Shown here: piece after piece, positions 37,383-46,817 of the stretch
Layout of the letters: each line of letters begins with the position of its first letter
Position numbering within the stretch: position 1 is the first letter of the stretch
Assembly (NCBI GenBank): GCA_965207065.1
Contig: OZ242260.1
Coordinates: forward strand, 224,001-288,000
Length of the DNA stretch: 64,000 bases
Direction: 5' to 3'
Origin: a bacterium
Lineage (GTDB): Bacteria > UBA8248
Notes under the pieces: generated by a model
The model's database searches: none
What the model was told of the DNA's origin: nothing
Seen by the model: only the letters and a program-made list of their open reading frames with translations
Program-made: the position numbers and the translations under genes

Positions 37383-39146
37383 TTAAGACTGTAGTTCCAC
37401 AAATTTTTTATATAGGCCTTGCATCCGCATGAGAGCGGGATGGTCACCTTCCTCGACGATTCTCCCGCCCTCCAGAACCAGAATCTTGTCCGCATCCCTG
37501 ATCGTGGAAAGGCGGTGAGCGACTATCAGAATGGTCATTCGCCCCCCGAGATTCCCTGCGGCCTCCTGGATAAGACGCTCAAACCCGCTATCGAGCGAAC
37601 TCGTCGCTTCGTCCAGAACCAGTATGCGTGGAGAGCGAACCAGTGCTCTTGCGAGGGCGAGTCGCTGTTTCTGTCCCCCGGACAATTTGAACCCCCGGTT
37701 TCCGATTATCGTCCCGTATCCCTCGGGCAACCCAATGATGAATTCATGGGCATAGGCGATCTCCGCCGCCTTTTGTACCTGCGCTTCATCCACACTCAAG
37801 TTTCCATAGCGTATGTTGTTGTGAATCGTGTCGTTAAAGAGATAGGGATCCTGTTCCACCACCCCGATCCGGCTTCGCCATTCTTTTGCGGACACCTGTC
37901 TCAAATCCACGTCATCGACAAGAATGACGCCTTGCGCCGGATCGTGAAGACGCAAGAACAGATTGACGAAGGTCGTCTTCCCGCTTCCCGAGGAACCAAC
38001 GATCGCCGTCGTCGCATCCTTTTCGATCGATGCGTTTATTCCGCTCAGTGCATCGCCCTGCGCGCCCGGATAGGCGAAAGAAACGTTTTCGAACCGGACA
38101 CCCTTTCTCAGGGAACCGAAGGAGATGGTCCCTTCTGGCAACAATTCCTGACATTCACCTTCTGTGTATTCGAGAACCCTCGCCAAATGGGGGGCGAATT
38201 CGCTCACGATGAGCCAATAGTTGCCTATCAGCTTGAGCTTGGGGAGTACCTGCAAGAAGATCGCCAAAAACACCGTGAGGGTGAAAAAGGGAATATTCAG
38301 AAATTTGACAGAAACAACCAGACAGAAAACCATCATGAGGAAAATCAACGGTTCGTAGAAGAACGACGCGACGATTCTGTTGTCCATGATCCGGACCGAC
38401 ACCCGGCGATATTCGCTCGCTCGCATCGTGTAATTTTCGATGTGGTGTTCGAGGTTTCCGAACACCTTCACCGTCTTGATTCCCGAGAAAACATCGAGAA
38501 GATAGGAACTGACGTTTTCCACCCCTTGAGATTCTTTCTCTCCTTGCGCATAGGCCCTTCGAAACCAGGGGAGCAGAAAAATCCAGGAGATTGACGTAAG
38601 GCAGAGGACCAGAACACTCAGCGAAACAGAAACCATCAGATTCAGAATCAGATACAAGATACAGAAGAAAACGGCGTTCGTGATGAGCATTGCGTGTTCG
38701 AAAACGAAACCGCAATTATTCGCAGAGGTGAATTGAACGGCGAGGAGGTCACCGACTTTTTTCCGGTAGAAAAACGAGAGTGGGAGCCCCAGGAGGTTCC
38801 GGAAGATTTTTTCTCTCATGTCGCATGAGATTCTCGCGCTCAGCATCCGTGCAAAGCGCATAGAGAGCGCAACAAGAGAATATTTGACCAGCATGGCGAA
38901 CGTGAACAAAGCGACGAGATTGATTAGTGAAAACTCCAGGCCGACGACGCCGAATCCCCATTCTGTGTACGCCGTGAGGACGTGGTTCGTTTCGATGCCC
39001 TGAATCGTCTGGAATATGGGCATCAACAGACCCAGGCCGACGCTTTCAAACATCGTCGCCAAAATGAGGATGACCAGATACAAGAACAGGAAATCCTTGT
39101 ATTCCTGTGCGACGGCGAAGATATTCCTTTGCTTATCGTTCCACAT
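37383..39146 (-). CDS. ABC exporter, fused permease/ATPase (MsbA/PglK-like glycan flippase candidate)
   Basis: N-terminal TM domain; GSSGSGKT, LSGGQKQR, LDEATS and AHRLST motifs. The start codon is uncertain. Confidence 0.88.
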   Translation of the reverse strand: MWNDKQRNIFAVAQEYKDFLFLYLVILILATMFESVGLGLLMPIFQTIQGIETNHVLTAYTEWGFGVVGLEFSLINLVALFTFAMLVKYSLVALSMRFARMLSARISCDMREKIFRNLLGLPLSFFYRKKVGDLLAVQFTSANNCGFVFEHAMLITNAVFFCILYLILNLMVSVSLSVLVLCLTSISWIFLLPWFRRAYAQGEKESQGVENVSSYLLDVFSGIKTVKVFGNLEHHIENYTMRASEYRRVSVRIMDNRIVASFFYEPLIFLMMVFCLVVSVKFLNIPFFTLTVFLAIFLQVLPKLKLIGNYWLIVSEFAPHLARVLEYTEGECQELLPEGTISFGSLRKGVRFENVSFAYPGAQGDALSGINASIEKDATTAIVGSSGSGKTTFVNLFLRLHDPAQGVILVDDVDLRQVSAKEWRSRIGVVEQDPYLFNDTIHNNIRYGNLSVDEAQVQKAAEIAYAHEFIIGLPEGYGTIIGNRGFKLSGGQKQRLALARALVRSPRILVLDEATSSLDSGFERLIQEAAGNLGGRMTILIVAHRLSTIRDADKILVLEGGRIVEEGDHPALMRMQGLYKKFVELQS

Positions 39147-39346
39147 GAGGCTTCTTCTCTGAAGCCGGAAATTGCCCGAAAACAAAACGATTGCATTGGA
39201 CCGAAAACCCCGGGCGCATCGAGAAAATCACTCAATGTGCTCCAGAAGTTATGGCATGCGTTTCATCGTCACTCGTTCGCGGGCCGGGTCGATATCTCCG
39301 GAACCATTGCCTCGTGGTGGGTCTTTTCTATCTCGTGGAGTGGCGT

Positions 39347-40753
39347 TCATGAAGTTTGAACATCGGCAATATTATCAGACGGAGCCGTTTGCATCCACTC
39401 GGCCGCAATCTTCTCAGCCAACCAGAACTCATATTCGGAATCGATTCTCACGCTTTCCTCCGGAAGCATCGTGATGTGCCCTATTCTTTCTCCCAGGAAT
39501 TTCCCGGCCAGAATTGTATCCACCCGGTTCAGGTATATCGCGCCGTTATCCTTGAACAACGCTTTTCTCTCCAGACGCAGCGTTCTCTGTAGAGAGCCGT
39601 TGACGGGGGTGAGTCCGTGTTTACCGTGATGATAGTAAAACGAAAAATCCTCGGTTATGGATATCACGGAATCGACATTGAAAATCGTCATGGTGTCCAC
39701 AGCCTTGTCTATGTGTGCGCCCCCGCGAAGAGGAGTGTTGACGCAACAAACACATACGGCGTCGGGGATATAACCCCGCTCCTCCAGCGTCTTCAGAACA
39801 TGAAGTGACGTATCCTCCATCCTCACGGCCCATTTCGCCGGCGCTTGGGGCATGAGGAGTACGTCCACTCCCTTAAAACGATTCGCATAAGCCAACACGT
39901 CTTCATCGTTCGAGGAAACGACTGCCTTGTCGATGGAGCGCGCTTCCATGATTTGCTCCAGCGTCCGTTCCAGCAGCGATTTTCCCATGAACTGTCGGAA
40001 AGGATCTCCGAATGCGAATCCCCAATCCAAGAATGCGGGAACGAGAGCCAGCACTTTCGGTATGCGGGAGAGGTTCATCTCCTCCACCACTCGCCTTTTA
40101 ATTTTGCGGCGCGTCTCCAGAATCAGACCGCGGGATTTAGACAAGCTCGCTTCGTGGCGACGATAATAGAACAGGGGCACATTCACGTTGTAAGGCCGAT
40201 GTCGCTCAATGAATTTCAGCCACATGCCATAACCATCCTGGCAACTGAACTCCTCGAAATAACCGCCAATTTCCCACAGGACTTGCTTGCGGATCATGGT
40301 GCATGCGCCATGGGCCGGAAGATCCAGCAAATCAACTTCTTCTCCTATTTTCTGGCGACGGATGATTTCTGTGATCTCTCCATCCTCGTTCACTAGAAAA
40401 TAATCCGGGTACACCAGATCCACGTCGGGCTTCATGTCCAGAACTTGGGAGAGAACCAATAGGATGTTCTCATCCAGGAAATCATCCGCATCCAGCCGCA
40501 TGAAGTATTCGCCTTTAGCGATGCGCAAGGCCATGTTGTTTGTGAAATTAAGACCCCTGTTCTCTTGCTTGAGAATGCGAATCTTGGGATGCATTCTGTA
40601 GGATGCGAGAATTTGTGTGGTGTCGTCCGTCGAACCGTCGTCGATGACGATCAACTCCCAGTCGTCCATTGTTTGTTTCAACACGCTTTGGAGCGCGGCA
40701 TTGAGAAAACGCCCGTAGTTGTAGGCGGGGATATACACCGTGACCTTAGGCAT
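39347..40753 (-). CDS. Fusion: GT2 glycosyltransferase + acylneuraminate cytidylyltransferase-like domain
   Basis: N-half has YIPAYN, DDGSTD and RLDADD. C-half has VLALVPA, VVSSND, TPLR, NGAIY and IDSEYEF. Confidence 0.85.
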   Translation of the reverse strand: MPKVTVYIPAYNYGRFLNAALQSVLKQTMDDWELIVIDDGSTDDTTQILASYRMHPKIRILKQENRGLNFTNNMALRIAKGEYFMRLDADDFLDENILLVLSQVLDMKPDVDLVYPDYFLVNEDGEITEIIRRQKIGEEVDLLDLPAHGACTMIRKQVLWEIGGYFEEFSCQDGYGMWLKFIERHRPYNVNVPLFYYRRHEASLSKSRGLILETRRKIKRRVVEEMNLSRIPKVLALVPAFLDWGFAFGDPFRQFMGKSLLERTLEQIMEARSIDKAVVSSNDEDVLAYANRFKGVDVLLMPQAPAKWAVRMEDTSLHVLKTLEERGYIPDAVCVCCVNTPLRGGAHIDKAVDTMTIFNVDSVISITEDFSFYYHHGKHGLTPVNGSLQRTLRLERKALFKDNGAIYLNRVDTILAGKFLGERIGHITMLPEESVRIDSEYEFWLAEKIAAEWMQTAPSDNIADVQTS

Positions 40754-40792
40754 GACGATTCAACCCGGATGCCAGGAATACTGACTCCATGA

Positions 40793-42385
40793 TCACTCCA
40801 CCATGTCCATCAAGAGAGCCTGATCCGCCTGGATGTCCGTTTTCGCTCTTTTCCCGATAAATTCATCCATCATCCAGCCGGGAAGTCCCTCAGCGGGACG
40901 TTTCATGCCCAGCATTGAGGATTCAATGGTCTCTCCGCGCCGTATATCCCGTTCTGCAACGATGCTGCGTCGCGCGCTGTTTCGCGCAGAAATTTCCGAC
41001 TCGGCGACTCCGAGCGCGCCGTCGCCCAATACGCTTTCGGCAAGACGAACGTTTTGCACCATCTTTTTCAAATCTTCCGGGTTCATCGAAAAGGAATGTC
41101 CCGAACCGCTCAGGCTTCGGTCCAACGTGTAGTGTTTTTCGATGACCCTTGCGCCCAGCGCAACGCCAAGGGCGGGTATGGCCATTTGTTCATCCGGCTC
41201 CGTATGGTCCGAGAGGCCGACGATGAGGCTGGGATATCTTTCCTTCAAAGTATGGATTCGAAGGAGGTTCGCGTCTTCGTTCTCGGCCGGATAACTCAAG
41301 GTGCAGGCCATGAGGATGAGTTGGCGATTGCCTGTAGCGAAAAAGGTGGCGATAGCCCGCTCAATCTCCTCCACCGTAGAACCGCCGGTCGAAAGAATGA
41401 CGGGCTTGCCGAAACCGGCCACGCACTTGAGCAAGCGGCTGTCGGGAAGATCGCAGGAGGCAATTTTGAAGAGCGGCGCGCCCAAATCATTCAGCATCTC
41501 GGCGCTTTCGAGGTCGAACGGCGTGGAGAACGTGATAACACCCTTCTCACGGCCATGTGTGAAAAGCGCTTCATATTCGGGCTTGCCGAAGCGATCAAGT
41601 TTCCGATAATACTCGATTTGCAGGATCCGCTTTCCCCGCCAGTAGGTCATCGCCCCTTTGCGCGTCAGCCGTTCGGCCTTGTAGGTCTGGAACTTGACCG
41701 CATCCACCCCGGCATCGGCAGCGAGATCGATCATCTCTTTGGCAAGCCCCAGGTCACACATGTGGTTGCAGGCACCTTCGGCAATCAGAAAGGCGGAATG
41801 TCCCGCGCCTATCATTTTGCCTCCGACGGTGATTTCCTTTGAATATGCACTCATCTCCTGTTCCGCCATGGCGAAGTCGAATGCAGTGTGGATGTTGATA
41901 CAATCATCTCGAACGATGGAAGATTGAAGAGGCGGATCCGCCATCAACCCTCTTAAGCTCATGATGCGAAGCGCTCCGTTCCGCTTGCCATGGCGGTCCA
42001 CAGTGCGCAAATCGTCGATCCCGTAGTCTTTGACATATCTGACGAGGGCGTCCAGATCGCTTTTTCTGTTCGGATGATCCGGCTGAATTCCGACGAGGAA
42101 AGAAATTTTCTCACGGCTCAATTTCTCTGCGACGTCCCGGTAGACTTCGAGCAAGGGCGTTTCACCACCCAGCTCTTGGCCACGTAGATGAACCATCGCG
42201 CCGTTTCGTACAGCAATTTCGGCGACCTCCTCCGTATCGGTGGAGACGACGATCTTGTCCACGCTTTTGAATCTTCGTGCGTACCGAATCGCATGCGCCA
42301 CCAAAGGTAATCCGTCGATAACCAACAAATTTTTACCCGCCAGACGACCCGAATGCCGCTTGGCCGGTATGACGGCGACGATCAC
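40793..42385 (-). CDS. neuB: Fusion: NeuA-like cytidylyltransferase + NeuB N-acylneuraminate synthase with SAF domain
   Basis: IPAKRHSGRLAGKN and VSTD at the N-terminus, then IAEGACNH, VKFQ, STPFD, KIAS, GLSDHT, IEKHYTLD and ARRSIVA. Confidence 0.9.
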   Translation of the reverse strand: MIVAVIPAKRHSGRLAGKNLLVIDGLPLVAHAIRYARRFKSVDKIVVSTDTEEVAEIAVRNGAMVHLRGQELGGETPLLEVYRDVAEKLSREKISFLVGIQPDHPNRKSDLDALVRYVKDYGIDDLRTVDRHGKRNGALRIMSLRGLMADPPLQSSIVRDDCINIHTAFDFAMAEQEMSAYSKEITVGGKMIGAGHSAFLIAEGACNHMCDLGLAKEMIDLAADAGVDAVKFQTYKAERLTRKGAMTYWRGKRILQIEYYRKLDRFGKPEYEALFTHGREKGVITFSTPFDLESAEMLNDLGAPLFKIASCDLPDSRLLKCVAGFGKPVILSTGGSTVEEIERAIATFFATGNRQLILMACTLSYPAENEDANLLRIHTLKERYPSLIVGLSDHTEPDEQMAIPALGVALGARVIEKHYTLDRSLSGSGHSFSMNPEDLKKMVQNVRLAESVLGDGALGVAESEISARNSARRSIVAERDIRRGETIESSMLGMKRPAEGLPGWMMDEFIGKRAKTDIQADQALLMDMVE

Positions 42386-43677
42386 CTCCCCTCTCCTCTC
42401 GTATTCCCGTTTGAAATCACGGGCATGATTTGTCCCGCCTGCCGAAGCACGATGACTTTCGAATCCGGTCCTCTCGTTTCCAATGCGGCATTGATTGCCG
42501 CCTCTATCGACTCGGCCCAGCCGAATCCCATTCGCTCCGCTTCCTCGTGACCGATATGAGGAGAAACCAATATCCCATTTACTCGTTTGGAGATAATTCT
42601 GCCGATGGCGACCAGCGTATAGGCCAGGAGTTTTTCACGAAATTCACCCGCCTCGACCTTGCGGTAAAGTGTGTCGGGGTCTTTGAACCCATAGCACTCA
42701 AAATGGGGGAATTGCGGAGAGATGCCCTCCCGGCATTCCGCGGCCAGGATGATCACTCCACCATCACGGCAGACGACGTCCGCCGCGCACACGGCCTTGA
42801 TGGCTTGTCGCAGATCGATGTCGGAGGGATAGGCTTCCGCAACGACGACTTCCGCCCTGGCAGGAACCGAAGCACCGTATAGCTTCAGGCATCTTTCACA
42901 GCCCGCCGCATGCGCCGCTTCCATGTCTCCCGCAACGGCGTCAAAGATCCTTTCCTCATCCATCATGATCGTGTTGACGATGAAGCGCAGCCCGGCTCGC
43001 CGAGCGATGCGAACGAACGCTTCCCTCACCTTGTTGTCGAAAATGCCGAGAATTTCGCTCATCTCGTAATCCAGAGCTGCCCAATGGGTCGCCTCTATCG
43101 TGGCCTCGCCGCAAATACCTGGCATCACGCTTTTTGCCCCGCCGGAAAACCCCGCCGTCGCATGGGGGATGATGCTGCCGACGGATATGAGGAGATCCGC
43201 CTTCAGGATTTCCCTGTTCATCAGCACTTCGAAGCCTAACTTGCTCTTTCCCAAAGAAGTCAGCTTTGTGGGGTTTTTCCATTCGTGGTTGAGAATCTCG
43301 AATCGAGCGACCAGATCGTCACCGAACTTGCGCCTTATCTCCTCATCCATCATGGCGCGGTGTGTGCCCAAGCCAATCAGAATACGTACCGAGGAATCAG
43401 AGATGCCCGCCTCGGCGAGTTCCTCCAGGACAATGGGGACCACGCGGTGAAGCGGCGTATGGCGCGTATTGTCGTCGGTGACGATCAGCACCTTCTCCGC
43501 GCCTTTCGAAATCTCCCGGAGAGGGGGAGAGCCGATCGGGTTTCGAATCCGCTCCCTGAGAGCTTCATCGTCAAGACCTATACCTTCAGGCAGGGAGGGG
43601 CCATAGACGCCCATCAACCGCCCATCTCCGACTTCGAAGTCTCCGAACAAATCGTTCGTCAAGGATATTCTGGCCAT
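42382..43677 (-). CDS. larA: Nickel-pincer-dependent lactate racemase (LarA) family protein
   Basis: NPIGSPPL, DDNTR, GLGTHR, NH, PHATAGFSGGAKSVMPG, ATH and QAIKA match the LarA catalytic and cofactor-binding motifs. Confidence 0.88.
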   Translation of the reverse strand: MARISLTNDLFGDFEVGDGRLMGVYGPSLPEGIGLDDEALRERIRNPIGSPPLREISKGAEKVLIVTDDNTRHTPLHRVVPIVLEELAEAGISDSSVRILIGLGTHRAMMDEEIRRKFGDDLVARFEILNHEWKNPTKLTSLGKSKLGFEVLMNREILKADLLISVGSIIPHATAGFSGGAKSVMPGICGEATIEATHWAALDYEMSEILGIFDNKVREAFVRIARRAGLRFIVNTIMMDEERIFDAVAGDMEAAHAAGCERCLKLYGASVPARAEVVVAEAYPSDIDLRQAIKAVCAADVVCRDGGVIILAAECREGISPQFPHFECYGFKDPDTLYRKVEAGEFREKLLAYTLVAIGRIISKRVNGILVSPHIGHEEAERMGFGWAESIEAAINAALETRGPDSKVIVLRQAGQIMPVISNGNTRGEGR

Positions 43678-45563
43678 CAGCTCGTCTCCGCCTCATCGTT
43701 TTTCCACAAATCGGAACCGGGGGATGAGAAAATATCCACCCATTCCGCACGCCAATTCTTGCTCCTCCTGTAGTAGCGATGCGTAAACTCGGCGACGGCT
43801 TCTAGCGTTTGGCCGTCCTCCCACCACGAATCGACGTCGGGCCAGATGGCGTTCAGGTGTCTCGCCGCACTCTCGCCGGAGGAATGATGAACGCTCACGC
43901 TTGAGAGTTTATTGAAGTAGGGCTTCGAATAATGTGAAATCCGCCAGGCGTTTTGATGGCCAAAGAAGAGGGTCGGAATGCCCGCCGCCATCGTGAAGGC
44001 CGCCGTCGTCCCCGGGCGATCGAGTACGCAAACCCCGCACCTCGACAGAGCGGGCGAGAGACGACTCGGCATGTATCTCACCAGTTTTCCGCGAAGGATA
44101 TTTATGTCTGGATATCGCGTTTTGATGTAGGCTTCGTCATAACGGTTGTTTCTCCTGCGCATGTACGGCCTGTACCACAAGGCGGAACGGGGCGCGTCGT
44201 CCAGGTGTTCGATAAAACTCGCCTTCTCCCGCATATAGCGCGGTATGTCTTCGGGCAGGCAGTCCGCCGCCAGCCATTTGAGATGGGCAGTGAGTTCGGA
44301 GGTGACCAGAACGATAGTTGAGCCGCGCTTCTTGTTCCGCCTCATTTTCGAAAGAAACGGAGACGCCGCCGGCAGGGCGCTTACCCGATAATCGGATTGA
44401 CGACTCCACCCCCACGATATGAACCGATCGGCTGTCTCATATTCCGTGAGATGATGCCAGGGTGCCGATTTGATGATGCCGTAGTTTCCTCCGTGCTGAT
44501 TGATGACCAGCCTGACAGGACGTTTTTCGATCAGAGCGGCTACGTAAAAATTCGACTGATCGTCATTGCCCAGATGGCCGTAGGCGATTGTGTCCGTCCA
44601 GGGCGCCGTCGCCTTTACCTTCAACAGGGCTTTTTTCTCGTTTTCAAAATAATGCTCCGTGAATACCCTCGGCATCGTCTCCGAAACGAGTGCATCCAGA
44701 ACGCTCAGGAAAACTTCGGCTTCCCCGGCGGCGATGTGTCGTATCGATTGGATTTCTCCGGCCACATCTTCCCTGGTGAGGTGCGCACTTCCCGCTTCAG
44801 GCGTCTTTTGAAACGATCCGGCAGCCTCCCTCCAACGCCTTCTGTTTCGAAACAGCATGCGTAATGATATGTAGGCGGCATCCAGCGGACTCAAACCATG
44901 CACTTTATGGAACTGCACGAAGCCTAAGTTTGAGGACAAAATGCTCGCCCAGCGATACAACTCCATTTTTCTCTGCACTTTTTTGAAAACGGTATAGTTT
45001 TCCGTTGGTTGCTTACCCGGGAGGTGGTCTGAGTAGAAATACAAATCTTCCGGGGCCGGCGCGCCCTCTCGCATTACCCAGCCCCGGGGCTGAAATACGC
45101 GGATAAACCTGCTGAAAATCAGACGGTTCAGCGGATCATCGATCATCATCTGGTTGAAATGATGCGTCGTGATGGATGATAGAGTCTCATCGCGCGGCGC
45201 GAGATATACCAGATGCGGAACTCCGCTCTTGATACGAATCCTGATGCGCAAGAATCGCTCGAATGCGCACATGACCAGATTGACCAGCCAAGGCATCAAC
45301 AATATGCGCCAGTAGCGATTCGAATAAGAACGCCCGTGCCTTTCATTTTGTCGGATGTTTAGCCCAGCAAGATAGAATTCACAAACCTTCTCCAGTCTTC
45401 TGGAGACGAAGTGAACCTCCTCGCCTCGGAGTGGAGGCTCGATTCCATACTTCTTCCACTCCCACTCGAAAAACTGAGCCTCAGGGAGCGACCAGGGACC
45501 CAGATGCTCGGCCTGTCGTTCATCCAGGACGGGATCGATTCTTGTCAGAATAAGTTGATTCAT
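43677..45563 (-). CDS. LIC12162 family putative transferase (surface-glycan clusters)
   Basis: H...S.RYWRILLMPWL, QHGGNYG, FISWGW and WW...Q motifs. Start moved to ATG 45563 because the longer ORF runs into the tRNA. Confidence 0.7.
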   Translation of the reverse strand: MNQLILTRIDPVLDERQAEHLGPWSLPEAQFFEWEWKKYGIEPPLRGEEVHFVSRRLEKVCEFYLAGLNIRQNERHGRSYSNRYWRILLMPWLVNLVMCAFERFLRIRIRIKSGVPHLVYLAPRDETLSSITTHHFNQMMIDDPLNRLIFSRFIRVFQPRGWVMREGAPAPEDLYFYSDHLPGKQPTENYTVFKKVQRKMELYRWASILSSNLGFVQFHKVHGLSPLDAAYISLRMLFRNRRRWREAAGSFQKTPEAGSAHLTREDVAGEIQSIRHIAAGEAEVFLSVLDALVSETMPRVFTEHYFENEKKALLKVKATAPWTDTIAYGHLGNDDQSNFYVAALIEKRPVRLVINQHGGNYGIIKSAPWHHLTEYETADRFISWGWSRQSDYRVSALPAASPFLSKMRRNKKRGSTIVLVTSELTAHLKWLAADCLPEDIPRYMREKASFIEHLDDAPRSALWYRPYMRRRNNRYDEAYIKTRYPDINILRGKLVRYMPSRLSPALSRCGVCVLDRPGTTAAFTMAAGIPTLFFGHQNAWRISHYSKPYFNKLSSVSVHHSSGESAARHLNAIWPDVDSWWEDGQTLEAVAEFTHRYYRRSKNWRAEWVDIFSSPGSDLWKNDEAETS

Positions 45564-45707
45564 GCGTCGGGCGCTTTTCTCACGCCTCACCGCATATGCA
45601 TGAGGCGTGAATGGAGTAACGGCACTGATGGCCGTCCCCCCAAGGCGCGCGTTGTTACACCCTCGCGCCGCTCGACTTGACGGGAAAGAAATCTCGATAT
45701 TCAGGCT

Positions 45708-45785
45708 TGGCGTCCCCAAGGGGATTCGAACCCCTGTTGCCGGCGTGAAAGGCCGGTGTCCTGGGCCAGGCTAGACGATGGGGAC
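45708..45785 (-). tRNA. tRNA-Glu (anticodon TTC), CCA encoded
   Basis: GTCCCCATCGTCTAGCCTGGCCCAGGACACCGGCCTTTCACGCCGGCAACAGGGGTTCGAATCCCCTTGGGGACGCCA folds as a cloverleaf with a GTTCGAA T-loop. Confidence 0.97.
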
Positions 45786-45881
45786 AAGCAAAATCCATGA
45801 TGGCCGATAGGGATATCCCGAACCATCAAGGGGTCGATTTATACTGGTTTTCGCGCCGGAAGTCCATCCTGTTCCACTGTT

Positions 45882-46751
45882 TCAAACGCGCAAGACAACG
45901 AGTATCACCCCGCTCACGGTGAGCGTCGCTCCCGCGGGTACGCGCCATGTGATGAATTCGGCTTTCCTGAGAAAGATCACACTGAATAGCACGGTAAACA
46001 AAGGGCTGATCTGAACGAGCGGCACCACCCTGAAAACCTCGCTCAACTGCAAAGAGGAGGTGAAAAGAAAAATTCCCATTCCCGCCGCGACCCCACCCAG
46101 CAGATACGGCCAAAACGCTTGCTTCACGTCACCTGCCTCCTCTTCACGCAAGGCGTAACAGGTGTATGCGCCCACCAGGACGAGAGCGGCGGAGGCGCCT
46201 ACCATCGCGGCGGGAAGGGCGCTCGGGAAAGCAACCAAGCCCTTTTTCCAGGACATGGCTCCAAACCCCGATATGATTGCCGCAATCAGGGGCCACCGGG
46301 CGTCCCAGCGGCTCCAGCGTCCTTCCGTCTTTCCCGAAACGAGCAACACGATGCCGCCTACGACGAACAAAACACCCACCAGATGATACCAGGCCGGATC
46401 CTCACCCAGAAAAATGAGCGCGAAAAGAGCTGCGAATATAGGGGACATCCCCTTTATCGGCGCCGCTCGCGCTACGCCGATCCGGTGGATGCCGATCAGG
46501 AAAAAGATAAGGAAAAGACCCGGGTTGCACAGGCCGCCTATCATCACCCACAAATAGTGCGCGCCCATTTCCGGAAACGAGGGACTCAAGAGGAAAACCA
46601 ACGGGACGAAGAAGAGCAACTCCCCCACCAGTGTGATGGTGGCGCCCACGAAATGGTTGGCGTACTGCAAGCCTTTGCGCGCGAAGATATCCGCACAGGT
46701 GAAAGACAGCGCCGCGCTCAGAGCGAGAAAAACAAACGGCTCGATCAGCAA
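45882..46751 (-). CDS. DMT / EamA family transporter
   Basis: About 10 TM helices with two EamA repeats (SPIFAAL..FLGE; SPLFTVL..FLRKAE). Confidence 0.88.
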   Translation of the reverse strand: MLIEPFVFLALSAALSFTCADIFARKGLQYANHFVGATITLVGELLFFVPLVFLLSPSFPEMGAHYLWVMIGGLCNPGLFLIFFLIGIHRIGVARAAPIKGMSPIFAALFALIFLGEDPAWYHLVGVLFVVGGIVLLVSGKTEGRWSRWDARWPLIAAIISGFGAMSWKKGLVAFPSALPAAMVGASAALVLVGAYTCYALREEEAGDVKQAFWPYLLGGVAAGMGIFLFTSSLQLSEVFRVVPLVQISPLFTVLFSVIFLRKAEFITWRVPAGATLTVSGVILVVLRV

Positions 46752-46817
46752 GTCGGAATTCTCCGAGCGAAAATTGAGGGCCTCAAAGATATCCTCCCTC
46801 GGAGGAGTCCGGAAAAT

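Noticed and set aside
45564-45719. N-terminal extension of the 680-aa ORF
   Set aside because: It starts inside tRNA-Glu; the downstream ATG at 45563 is more plausible.
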